A stretch of 64,000 nt of DNA from assembly GCA_964016885.1 (NCBI GenBank), contig OZ024742.1:262198001-262262000 (forward strand). Reading direction: 5' to 3'. This stretch comes from Eledone cirrhosa (lineage: Eukaryota). The notes under the pieces are model-generated. The model did no database searches. It saw nothing but the letters and a program-made list of their open reading frames with translations, and was not told the origin of the DNA. Each line of letters starts with the position of its first letter. Position 1 is the first letter of the stretch. Made by a program: the position numbers and the translations under genes. Shown one piece after another: positions 52,116 to 64,000 of this stretch.

Positions 52116-52209
52116 GTTATGTCCTGCTCTAAAAGCAGTATTTGAACATGGTTTGAAGCGCTCATCAATCCTTGGAGGAACCTGTCATCCTTGGTTATTT
52201 ATTGAAGAG
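52116..52209 (+). CDS. SGSM3: SGSM3 exon, RUN domain
   Basis: tgcag|GTTATG...GAAGAG|gtaaag, 94 nt. [31 protein letters not shown]. Confidence 0.95.
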
Positions 52210-53952
52210 GTAAAGTATTTGCAGTGGAATTTATTACTATCATGTTTTTAACCCTAGGTCAGTCCTGATCAAACAGACCTATGATCAAAGACATTCCAGC
52301 CATAATCAACACATTTATTTCTCAGTTACACAGTGCCCCAGAACTCATATCCATCCAATGTGTTTTTTTTAAGATGTATGTATGGAACTATAAATCCTGA
52401 TGGAGTTGTAGGGGTACCATTATTTCACACATGTCTTGGGCATTTTTAAACCTAGCAGAGCACATTTCACTCCTGGACTGAAAATAACTGATTTTTCCCT
52501 TTCACACATAGGAGAGAAAGAATTGATCATAGTACTGAACTAGCACTCTTTTTATCAACTTCAAAAGGATGAAAGCTAGAATGACTACCACAAAGTATTC
52601 TATCTGATATTTTAATGACACTCCATATTTGTTGCCTTTTTTTTCTTTTTAAAGCTGATAGTGTGTAATTTGGGAGAGATTTTGATGGTGTTTCTTGCTG
52701 ATCCAGTGAGCAGAACTATAATCAAATGCATTCCAGCCATGACAAAAACACCCCTTCCCCAAGCACAACACTCAAAACCCACATCTTCTAATGTGTTCTA
52801 TTTTTAAGATGGTAGGGTGTAATTTGAAAGAAATTTGACAGGTGTTTCTTGCAGATCAAGCAATCACAGAAAGCCTGAGTCCTCATACCATGTTGTTCCT
52901 TGAAACTATTTAATATGGCCTTTGTGTTGTGTTTCATCATTATTGTCTTCAGTATTATTCTGGTACCAGTATAGTCTGAGTGTAAGGGATCTATGAGTGT
53001 GGGTTGAATATAACCCTTTTAATATCAACAGACCAAAAACCAGTACTATCAAACAAAACTACCTATTTCAAAAGATTCCTATTTAAATTAAAATGTTCCT
53101 GCATAATCTATCTATATGTATATAGATAAAAGTTTTTGATTCTGGAACTAACATACGGACACCCGCAAAATTACATGTATATATTGACTAGATCGTTGGA
53201 CAAGTAATGGTAACAATACTTTTAATTTACAAAGCAAGGGATCCATTTAAATTCAATTATAAATATTTCCATATGCATATCAAAAGAAGTCATCCATTTT
53301 GTTTTATGTTTCTCCATTCCGTAGAGAAAGGGAGAGAGAAAGAAGAGAGACATCACAAGAGAATGAGAGGGATGGGGGAGAGAAAGAAAGAAAACAGAAA
53401 ACTTGAGTGATAGCTACATTGGATTGGGGATGGAAATGCAAACAAACTATTCTTTACTCACATTTTAACTCTCTCCTTTCTTCTTTGCCTTGCGTTACTT
53501 CTCTTTCTTTCTCTCCCTTTTATCACAAAAGTAGTAATGGGATTGTGTCTATATGTGTGTACGCATGTGTTTGTTTCTGCATTAGTAAGTTAGAGACATG
53601 TGTGCGTTATTAAGTTAAAGACTTATGTGTGTCGGCATTCTTCAACTTTTTCTCTCCCTAAAGTTAACTTAAGCAGACAATATATAAAAAATGAAGATTA
53701 AACATACATATTGTTGGATGAATTTCTACATTATTTTTTCCAATGTTATTTGAATTAACACAAAAAATAATTTTAGTGTAGTGTTTTATAGTTTTTTGGA
53801 AAAAGAAAATGACCGTGATAACCCATGGCAGTGTAGAAAGTGGACATCAAGTAATGATGATGATAAAGTAAAAGTGTAAACTGTTGGTGTTTCATATTTT
53901 CAAGTTACACATTACTCTATATTTAAACAGTGCCTTGTGTTGTCTTCTTCAG

Positions 53953-54023
53953 GCTGCTACAAGGGAAGTAGAAAAAGACTTCCAGTCTGTATATTCAAGG
54001 CTTGTATTATGTAAAACATATCG
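53953..54023 (+). CDS. SGSM3: SGSM3 exon, RUN domain
   Basis: ttcag|GCTGCT...TATCG|gtaagt, 71 nt. [24 protein letters not shown]. Confidence 0.94.
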
Positions 54024-55835
54024 GTAAGTACAACATATATACACACACATGCATTTTTTTCTTTTTCTTTTGATCCAGTAACAGTAGCACAATTTAATCC
54101 ACATCTGTAACTAATATCATATTCTTGCTCTTACCCTAGTTCTAACTCATAACTTTTTCTTATGGTTTTGTCCTTACAAACTATCCAAGACTGGTGGATT
54201 TCATGTGGTTGTTGTGTTTAGCTTAAACAACTTCAAGTTAATGACTGCAGCAAAAACATGGATAGGAAAGGAGTTCCAAAGGGATGGTATTCGAAAAAAA
54301 GAAGGAATGTGATAGAAGTTAATGTGGGGCTGTGTTGTAGGTTAGTGATTGAAGTGTGTTAGATGGATGGAAATGAGTCTTTGCCAGTTAGCTGGTTAGG
54401 GCATCTTATTTTGGAGGATGGGATCTATACAGGGTCAGTACTACCATTAATGCCAGCTAGACAGCCATCAAGGGCACAGACCTCAGAGAGATGCATTACT
54501 GAACCTTAAAGGATCATGCTTTTATACAAATTTGTAGATTAAATTAAACATATAATTTCCTGTGATCAATAAATCTCTAAACATCTTTGCCATGTAGCAG
54601 TGTTGTGGAAATATCCAAAGTAGTAGAGAATTTGTATAGTGTAATGACCTATCACAGATTTGGCATGGAGGAGTGTGGACTGTTAAGTGGGAGATACAGG
54701 TTAAGTAACTTTCTTAGTGTGATCAGAATAAGAAGTGTTCAAAACTACATTTGTCAGCTTACCAAACTGTACATTGAAATTATTTTATTTGGGAGAATGG
54801 GGCACATAACTGAAAGAAGAGGACACACTCAGTAGGGTTAATCAAGATCACTGAATACCTATGTGCTGGCGCTGTGTGGTGGACATCACTGAACTGATTC
54901 ACATGAATGCTAGAAAGGTTATATTGCTAACAATTGATGGTGTCTGTGACAGGAAGACATGTGAGGATGAAATGATGCTGGTCCTCATGGAGATGATGAT
55001 GTAGAACTAAGACACGATTCAAATATTTGCCATATTGAATACCTATCCAAACCACATTAGCTTGAAAAGATTGATGTTAAAATAAAGATGATAAAGAAGG
55101 TTGATGATAATGATTATTTAAAACTATATTTATTTTCTTACTTTGCTTTTGTTGTTTCTTATGTTGTATCCTTTTCTCAAAAACTATTGCATTAACTCTT
55201 TTAACAGAATCGTTTGTTTGTTCAATGGTCAATGTGACCATTAGCTGTTGATGTGTGATTGATGTAGGGAAAGCATTAGGATAAATCAACAAAGAAACAA
55301 GACTGCTAATTATATATATATCTATTTCTTGCTATGGAATTTAATGAAATCATGTGACAAACAATAACACAACAGGAATATGCAAGTGTTTCAGATAACA
55401 ATAAGAGTGTTTTCATTAACATATTTAGTACAATATAGAGTTCACAGAGGGAGAGTATTTTGTTGTGATGTACATGTATTTAGACATGGTGGAATCTCTA
55501 AGCAAGATGTATTACAGAAATACAGATTTAATGTGTGAATGTGTTAGAATAAAAATATTGCCTTGTAATCTGGTGTATCCACCTACCTGCTTGTCATGGT
55601 CCAGCAATCAACCAAAAATGGCCTACTTTGATACAGCCAAAGTCTATTATCGAGTCTGAGTGTGAGGAGCCAAAAGTGTTGGCTTATAAACATTTAGGTG
55701 TTATCAGAGTTATTTTTGTCCAACTTCATAAATATGGCATATGATGCAAAAATATGCCAATATGCCAAATTTTCATACCACCACAAATTTAACCCAAGGA
55801 TAATTTGTCTACATTCTCTACACTCTAATTTACAG

Positions 55836-55884
55836 CCTGGATGAAGATGGAAAAGTATTAACACCAGAAGAGATATTATACAGA
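55836..55884 (+). CDS. SGSM3: SGSM3 exon, RUN domain
   Basis: tacag|CCTGGA...TACAGA|gtaagt, 49 nt. LDEDGKVLTPEEILYR. Confidence 0.94.
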
Positions 55885-56379
55885 GTAAGTAAATAAATGT
55901 TTTTTTTTATGTACTTCCTGTGTGTATCCAGTTGAAAATAGGTACACCATATTCTTGCATGTCCGAAGAAATGAATAAAAGGGCTGATGCCAGAAAGGGC
56001 AACCAGCCATAAAACATTACCTCAGAAAGACTACATGATGTTTCTTAACATAAATTGTGCAAACTCAAAAGTGGGTTCAATAACCTTTATCTTCATATAT
56101 AATTAACACTTTCATTTCAACATTTCTTTTTGAACTAATTAATGATGAATTTGGAAGGATTTACTAAAATTATTTATCATTTCATTATTAAGATGGTATT
56201 TGTTACATAACTTTATACTATAACAAAAATTATACTGGAAGGTTTTAATTTAAATAGGAAACCCTTTAAAATGGATGGTTTTATTTTGTAGAACTAGAGC
56301 TGGTTTTGGCCAGGTTGGTATAAAACAATGTTAGCACTTTATACTATTGAATCAATGAAAAGCTACTTAATTGTAGATG

Positions 56380-56940
56380 AGCTGGCATCAGAACCAACTA
56401 GAAATGACATTGCTCTTGCTGTGCAGAAATTAAATAGCAATAAATCTTCTGGCATGGATTAATGCTGAGATTCTCAAGCATGGAGGTGAGAAAATGGTGG
56501 AACATTTACATACTGTAATCATCCATTGTTGGAGGAAGGAGAAAGTGCCACAAAACTGGGTTAATGCTATCTTGGTTTCCCTTTTCAAATTCAGTACCAA
56601 AGACAAATGTGGTAATTTTAGAGGCATTTCCTTATTGCCAGTAGGGTTCTAGCATGTGTTCTTTTGGAATGGCTTTATAAGTTCGTAGTGCCAACAGTCA
56701 TATCAGAGTCTCAATGTGGTTTTCATGTGAAAAGAGGCACTAGTGATATGATGTTCCCAATCAGACAACCACAGGAAAAATGTATTGAACAGAACCTCAC
56801 TCTCTACCACTGTTTTGTTGATCTCAGTAAGGCATTCAATACTGTTAATAGGAATGCTTTGTGGTTGGTTTTGTCTAAATTAGCATGCCTTTAAAAGTTT
56901 GTAAATATATTGAAAGCCTTTCATAAAGACATGAAAACCA
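56380..56940 (+). mobile_element. RTE-type RT fragment
   Basis: AEILKHGG, NFRGISLL, ESQCGF..RGTSDM.F.IRQ.QEKC.EQN..LY..FVDLSKAF. Confidence 0.8.
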
Positions 56941-57084
56941 AAGAAAGCAGAGGAAGAGATATTAATCTCGAAATATCAGAACATATGAATAAATTAAGGT
57001 AAAAAAAACAACCCCTGTTTGTTTCTTATAATTTAATTATTTTCCGTCCAAACCTGCATTGTTGTGGCTTTCAAACTTCAAATT

Positions 57085-57112
<28 letters not shown>

Positions 57113-57120
<8 letters not shown>

Positions 57121-57238
57121 ATACTTTGGGAGGGTCATGTTGCCAATAAGAAACACACGCACCAGTTGCTTTCAAGTGAAAGCAACTGGTGCGTGTGTTT
57201 CTTATTGGCAACATGACCCTCCCAAAGTATAACAATAT
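57113..57238. repeat. Perfect 62-bp inverted repeat with 2-nt spacer
   Basis: 57113-57174 is the exact reverse complement of 57177-57238 (checked base by base). Confidence 0.97.
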
Positions 57239-57329
57239 CGGTTTCAACACACGTTTTCAGATAAAGAATCTTGCTAAACAAATTCAGAAACGAAATATAT
57301 ATATATATATATATATCTTCTATACATCC

Positions 57330-58275
57330 ATTACTGGTGTCATGAAGTTCCTTCTTCAGCTCATCCCGTCTACCATTGCCTTCTGAATTTCCCCTGCCTC
57401 CAACCCGGTGTCATTTTCAAGAACATCCTTCAGTGTTGTGGTTGGTCTCCCAACTCGACTGCACACATCAGGTTTCCAGAAAAGAACTCTGCCAGCAGAT
57501 TCATTGTAATGTTTCACATGCCCAGCTTATGCGAGCCTCCTACATTTTATGATGTCAGAAAAGCAAAGGTCAAAGCAATAGAGTGATTTCTTTTTGCTAC
57601 ATGTGTTCTCCAGGATATTTTCTGGACCCTTCTTAGCATCCAGGTGAATGTACCATTAATCCGCTTTGTGAGTGTTTTTGTCAGTGTCCACAACTCACAT
57701 ACGTAGAGGAGAATGGACTCAGCCATTGCTTTGAATAGCATCATTTTTGTTGTTTTCTTGATTGGAGACACCTGCACCTTTGATAGGGAGTTGAGAGCCC
57801 CCATGCCTTGCTTATCCAGGTGTCCACATCATGCTCTGTGTTCATAAAACTACCAAGATATGAGAAGTCATTGACTTCCTCAATCTCCAAGCCATCCAGT
57901 GCATGCATTTGTTTATTTGATGTTGTGTTGAGATTGTGAATGAAATTAAAGTCAATTTGAAAATACTTTAGCACTTGTGATAACACCCGAGGAAAACTTA
58001 GACCTATTCTCCATTGATACCAGAGTCTTCTAGGGAGATCCTCTGGCCCCTTTCTTTTTGTGATATGCCTTGATTATGCACTGCTTAATGCCAATGCACC
58101 ATCAGATGGAATAAAGCTGAAAAGTCAGCAAAGTGCCTGACATACAGAGAAATTTCTACCCGAAATGGCTTACACAGATGACATAGCTCTCCTGCAAAAC
58201 ACCTGCAAAGAAGCTGAGGATGTGCTACACAGAGTGGAGTCTGCAGCGCAGTCCATTGGACTCTTCTTGAATGAA
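57330..58275 (-). mobile_element. 5'-inverted LINE (RTE/RTEX-like RT): minus part 57330-57955, plus part 57960-58275
   Basis: Plus part: GDPLAPF...VICLDYAL, AYTDDIALL, IGLFLN. Minus part continues with FIH..., IEEVNDFSYLGS, ESILLY.CE.WTLTK. Confidence 0.75.
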
Positions 58276-58355
58276 TGATATATATGCACATATATACATG
58301 CATATATATATATGTGTGTTTATGTACCAAATGTTTTTGTTTTTTTATATTTCAG

Positions 58356-58441
58356 GCAGTTCAAGCTGTCAACCTTGGCCATGATCAGTGCCATGCTCAA
58401 ATGGATGTCAAATTCCGCTCTATCATCTGCTGCGGCTTAAA
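58356..58441 (+). CDS. SGSM3: SGSM3 exon, RUN domain
   Basis: ttcag|GCAGTT...TTAAA|gtaagt, 86 nt. [29 protein letters not shown]. Confidence 0.94.
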
Positions 58442-59039
58442 GTAAGTTACATAACATTTCTGATAATGTCCAAGGCAATATACCTCCACCACCAAGTGTT
58501 TATATAGTGCTGAGATAGAGGGGAGCAGATTATTGTTTGAATTATCATTAGCTTGATGGGTTTAATGTAAACAGTCTGATGGCTGCAGTCCCAAGAGATT
58601 AAGCAATGTTGATCACATTTCATCATGCCTCACCCACCTGTCACTACATTATTCACTACCCATGAAACAGAACTATGTTACACTGTGTCCCACCCACTTG
58701 GCAAGGCTATGTTTCCATTACTACATTGTAATCTATCTTCCTAGAAAAGCTATGGTACTAGTATTGCTTTGTGACTCACCCACTTAACCTAGATATCTTA
58801 ATAGTTAGTTTTGCTACCATCTGCATTATATCTGTCACCACCAAGCCATCAAGAGAGCCTCGATGCTGTCAATTGATCTGCTGGAAATCATAGCCAAATC
58901 ATTCTCAAAACCCATTTTACTATCTTAATAAAAGGATACTTTGGATAATATATTCCCGGAAAAATTAATTGTAGAAAAACAATAAAAAGAATGATCCCTG
59001 CTGGAACACCTTTGATCAGTTATAACTTACAATTGTCAT

Positions 59040-60870
59040 CATCATCATCTTCCCACAACTGGTGCAGCCAGTCATTAGAGGGCCATCCTAGATGCTTTTG
59101 CAGTCAGTTGTCACCATTAGTCTCTATTCTCTATCATGCATAGAAGGGTCTCGGTGTTGTGACCAGTCCAATCTTTGATATTGTCAGACCAAAATTTTCT
59201 TTGTCTGCCTTTTCTTTGCCCTCATTTGACTGTTCCCTGAAGGATGGTTTAGACAAGGAGTTGTGGCGGGATATATGACCATACCAAGCAAGCTTCTGAC
59301 TTTTCGCTATCGCAAGGAGTGGTTCCTGTCTGCCAGCGTATTTGTTAACTTGCTGCTTGACAAAGCTGTTTGTTTTGTGCTCTGTGTATGGGATATGTAG
59401 CCACCTTCTGAAGCACTTGCTTTCAAATGACTAGATCCTTTGTTCCATGTCAGTTGTGTGAGCCCAACTCTCACACACATACAAAAGGATCAAAGTCACC
59501 AAGGACTTATAACAATTAAATGCTGCTGATGTGATCGTCGTAGCAAGGGAGGCAACTCTTGCTACAGACTTGTACAGTTTGAATCTTGTTGGAAAACTGA
59601 CGGAGTTGCTTTTCCATATGACATTCAGCTTTCCCATGGCAGAAGTGGCCAGTGAGACTCTTGTAAATATCTCCTTTTCAGATATGCCATCTTTGGTCAG
59701 AGTGGATCTTCAAGTCTTCCTCCATTCAGCATAATGTTGGTTGCTGTATTCTAATTATTACTATTAACCAGAATCTTGCACTTTTCTGAGCTGATGTCCA
59801 TTCCATATGGTCCTGATATTTTATCCACTCTGGTAGTGAGCTCCTGGAGTTCTGCTTCACTGCTTCCTAACAGGTCCATGTGATCAGCGAATCGCAGGTT
59901 GGAAATAGGCTATCCTCCAATGGAAACTGAGGTGTAGAAGTCTTGGAGAGTCTCTTGCATGATGTTTTCTAGGAAGATGTTGAAAATCACTGAAGAAAGG
60001 AGACACCCCTGCCAAACTCCCACTGTTGTTCTGAAGAATTCTCCAATGTTATTATTTAGAACTGTTTGAGTTGTCATACAGTGCTTTAATTACTTGAATG
60101 AGGTTAATGTCAAAGTTGTAATCCTTCATCACCTTCAACAAGCTCTCATGCCAAACACAGTCAAAGGCTTTTTTTAAGTCAATAAAGTTATGATAGAGCC
60201 AGATTGGTGCTGTAGGTGTTTCTCAATGAGCAGCCTGATATTAAATATCTGCACTTCTTTTGGGTCTGAATCCTGCCTGTTCTTCTGCTAGGATTTCTTC
60301 TGTTTTTCTCTGAAGTCTGTTTAAAAGAACTCTTAGCAGTACTTTGGTGGGGTGGCTAATAAGGCTGATTATTCTGTAATTCTGGCAGAGTCTTAAGTTT
60401 CCTTTTTTAAGAATGGGTATCATCAATGATTGGGTCCACTCCTTTGGCCACTTCTTTTTTTCCCCATATTTTCTGACAGGTAACTGTCAGTACCTTGATA
60501 AGTTTTGGCCTTCCATGGTTTAGGAGCTTTGACAGAATGTTATCAACTCCAAGGGATCTTTTTCAATTTAAGCTTTAGTGTCATCAGAACCAAATCATGA
60601 TCATTACTGACATCTGCATCAAGGAAGATCCTAATCCTTGCCTTATTGATACTGGACTTGAACTTTTGAGGTGTGAGGATGAAGTCAATTTGGTTGTGAG
60701 TCCTATCATTGGGTGCATGCTATGTTGTTCTCTGTGAGGTCTTGCATGACTAGGGTCAGCTTGTGGGTGCTAGCAAGTTCTAGAAGGCAGAGTCCACAAT
60801 CTTTTGTTTCTCCAATTCCAAATTATCCCACTGTCCCAGCCTATTGGTCATATGCACCTGGGCCTACTAA
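59040..60870 (-). mobile_element. Decayed RTE/BovB-like LINE with internal deletion
   Basis: KKGNLRLCQNYRIISLISHPTK, EEQAGFR, NLRFADH. EN remnant HNQIDFIL near 60690. A related 3' piece lies at 49130-49460. Confidence 0.85.
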
Positions 60871-61176
60871 TTAGGAAACACTTTTTTTTAGTTTTATTTT
60901 AAATAAAGAATAATTGTGCTGTGTGTATCCAATTTAGAATCGCTACACCCTACCCATGCATGATGTGAGGTGACTAAAATGGTTGACACCAGAAAGGGTT
61001 TCCAGTCATAAAATATTGCTTCAAAAAGAACCCTATGATGAGCATGAAGAATTTTTTGGAGCCACCAAGATTAACCCCAGATTTAGTAGGGAGAATATAG
61101 TCTTAAAACACTTGCTACTGCTGCAGCTGTTGTTATTTATAATTATTTGATCTTTATGTGTTTGTTTTTATTTCAG

Positions 61177-61299
61177 TGAACAAGTGTTGCACCTTTGGTT
61201 GGAGACATTGTGTTCATGTCTGGATGTGGTAGAAAAATGGTACCATCCCTGGTCCTTTATAAGAAGTCCAGGTTGGGTACAGATCAAATGTGAATTAAG
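61177..61299 (+). CDS. SGSM3: SGSM3 exon, RUN domain
   Basis: ttcag|TGAACA...TTAAG|gtgatg, 123 nt. [41 protein letters not shown]. Confidence 0.95.
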
Positions 61300-63073
61300 G
61301 TGATGTATATTTCAAGAGATACAACTTTTACATTTCATCTCATTCCAGAACATGTGTTGGGGTTGTAGTATTTCAATCTATATCAAGAGCTCTATAAAAC
61401 CATTTGAGTTTCATAATAATTTCTAATTTAGGCACAAGGCCACCAGTTTAGGAGGGATGGGAAAGTCAATTAAATTGATCCCAGTACTTGATAGTACTAT
61501 ATTTTATCAATTCTGGAAGGCTGAAAGGTGACATTGATGAGATTTGAACTCAGAAGGTTCAAATACCACAAAGCATTTTGTCTGACTCTCTAAAGATTCT
61601 GTCAAATCACTCCCCTTTTGGAGCCTTATAATGCAAATGAACATCATATAAAGATTTCATCTTTATATAGTGTGTCTGGATAAGTCAGCCCAGTTGAGTC
61701 TACCCTTCTTCAAGCTGTACATACCTATGGTACAGGCCCTCTTTGATCATGACTGACCTTTGAATTTCACCTGGAAAGCTTCAAGATACAGGCCTGGGCA
61801 AGGTGTTTTATAGAAGATCAGCAGTCACCCAAGCATGTCAGTTTTCACTCTCCATGTCATTGATATCAGCAAGGACAAATGAGTTGAGTGAATCATCTCA
61901 CTTTCCCCTCTTTATAGTCATAACTTCACTGCTTACAGCAATGAAGTTCTACTTCCTCAATATACCTATTTTCACACAACCACTCAGTACTTCCTGTATC
62001 TTAGCTGCTGTTATTGGATTTTTTCAGCACATCACCTCCTTAAATGAGGGTTGTTGCAGGCTTAATTTTTAATATAGGCCATGAATTTTGGGCCTAGGTA
62101 CAGTTGATTTTACTAATCCATAGTAGTTGACAGTCACTTTTGTTTATTGACTTCACCATTTCAGAAAAATGAAAGGCAATATTAACTTCTGCTGGGTGAT
62201 GAATGTTTTGTCCCATTCTCTACTGATACTGCATATCCACCAGACTTATAATAATAATAATACATACATAAATTTTTACTGTATAGATTTACAAGATAGG
62301 AAGTTATTGTTTTTGTTTTCTTCAGTTCATAATTTTCATTATGTATAGATTATATCATGTCTCTGATACAGTGTTGACTAAGATCTTCATTGAAAAGTCT
62401 CTGGTGCAAATGCTTTTTTTTTTCTGTTGTGGTTTTAATTTTAATTTTATTTGGCTGGGGAATTGTATTTTGTGTGGTGTGTTTTGGTTGATTTAAGCTT
62501 ATTGTATTTTGTTGTTGGGCAGGGTTGTTTAATGAAAAATTATATACACTCTAATGGACTAAAATCCCCATTGAAAGGTCTCTCCTATAAAGAGTTTTTC
62601 CAATGATAGGATTAAGTATTTAGTACACTGTAGGTTATATAGTACTAATTTATCTGTTAGCCACAACTCAACAGAAACCAGATATTGAAGGTGATTGTGG
62701 CCTGTTTCATGTCTGTCTCAATCTCAGAGGCTCATCAGGCCAGTGCTTATCCCAGTTTCTATGGTATTAAGTGACTGAAAGTACAGGATGCCAGTCCATT
62801 GCAGGGTTAAACCTTTAGCTATTACTGGTACTCATTTTCAGCTGAGTACACAAGAAGTGTTGTACTCAAGAACACAATGCACAATGCAATCCAAGAATCG
62901 AACCCACAACATTATGATCATAAGTCCAACACCCTTACCACTAGGCCATGCTGGGTATTTTGTGTGCTATGTTTTTTGGTTAGTTTTGGTTTGTTGTATT
63001 TAGTTGTTGGGTATGATTGTGTAAAGAAAAAATATATTTTATTTACTTTTGTTGTTGTTCTCACTTTTCACAG

Positions 63074-63206
63074 AATCCTTTCCCAGTTTGCATTCAACCT
63101 TTCACTTGACTGGGAGCTACCCAAGAAGAAAGTACCCCCAGATGGCCTTCGAGAAGGGGTCCGAGATATGCTTATCAAGCATCACTTATTCAGCTGGGAT
63201 CTCTGA
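63074..63206 (+). CDS. SGSM3: SGSM3 terminal coding exon
   Basis: cacag|AATCC...[25 protein letters not shown]...[19 protein letters not shown] matches the recalled SGSM3 C-terminus. Confidence 0.96.
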
Positions 63207-63378
63207 TATTCAATTAACTAATTAATAAGCATGTATCATTTAGACAAGGACATTCCTGTGTGTAGCTGTAGCACATGTGCACACACACACACATTCTCTT
63301 ATTGTCATACACATAGAGCTGACACCAGGCTAGCTCTACACTGTGTGTCCCCTTCCAGTGATGCACTCCATTCGCCGA

Positions 63379-63389
63379 AATAAAATAAA
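63379..63389 (+). terminator. Candidate polyadenylation signal(s) in the SGSM3 3' UTR
   Basis: Two overlapping AATAAA about 175 nt after the stop. Other AATAAA occur further downstream, so usage is unknown. Confidence 0.35.
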
Positions 63390-64000
63390 TCCAACTTAAA
63401 GTTTGGCAAGCTGATGAACCTAGTTTTTGACACTTTTTGCTCTGACTACACAAAGAAAATTACTAAGCCAACATTTTCCACTACACAGTCCACACTCACC
63501 CATGTCAAATGTTTCAAGTCATAACACCATATGATCCTCTATATCACTTTGAATATTTCCACAATGCTGCTACTTAGCAAAGATATTTAGTGATTTATTT
63601 ATTGATTGCAGGAAATTATTTATATAATTATACAAATTTGTATAAAACTGTGATCCATCAAAGTTCACTAATGCTCCTTTCTGAGGTCTGTGTCCTAGGT
63701 GGCTACTTAGTTGGCTTTAATGATATTGCCATCCTTACATATACTTAAATGAACACATTTATACATACATGTATACTCACACACAATAATAATAGGGTTT
63801 GGTATGTTCTAGCAAAATAATTGTCCCTTTATTTATTTGTTAGCTGGTCTTGGAGTTAAGAATAAAAAACTGGAAATAAATGAACTTCAGTTTTTAAAGT
63901 TAATCATATACATGTATGACTGGTTGAGACCATTGACACCTCTCACCAGTGATGTCCTCATATTTTGACAGTACAAACCTTAACTGTAGTTAGGCAACCT

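Noticed and set aside
53105-53192. Possible tiny Helitron (TC...CTAG)
   Set aside because: The subterminal hairpin is too degenerate and there is no second copy in the window.

Overview
AT-rich, microsatellite- and TE-dense animal genomic DNA. The SINE, RTE and microsatellite landscape suggests a coleoid cephalopod such as Octopus (inference). The window holds one + strand multi-exon gene, an SGSM3/RUTBC3 orthologue (TBC Rab-GAP, SH3 and RUN domains). I traced 17 GT-AG coding exons by hand from 8332 to the stop at 63206. They join in frame to about 695 aa; the first roughly 55 aa probably lie upstream of the window. Introns contain decayed RTE LINEs, R4/Dong-type RLE LINEs, tRNA/CORE SINEs, a mariner remnant, TTAA MITEs, a solo LTR and Penelope-like remnants. 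Signals beyond these: (1) at least five type-I hammerhead-ribozyme-like motifs, including a head-to-head inverted pair at 19.0-19.1 kb; (2) an unclassified composite element at 5.8-8.2 kb with 218-bp inverted arms around a GC-rich core; (3) two in-frame candidate alternative exons in the 23.6-kb intron before the SH3 exon; (4) a perfect 62-bp palindrome, a twin-priming-type inverted LINE, and a 47-bp minisatellite with higher-order structure capped by a hairpin. No prokaryotic system or CRISPR is present. TE boundaries are approximate.
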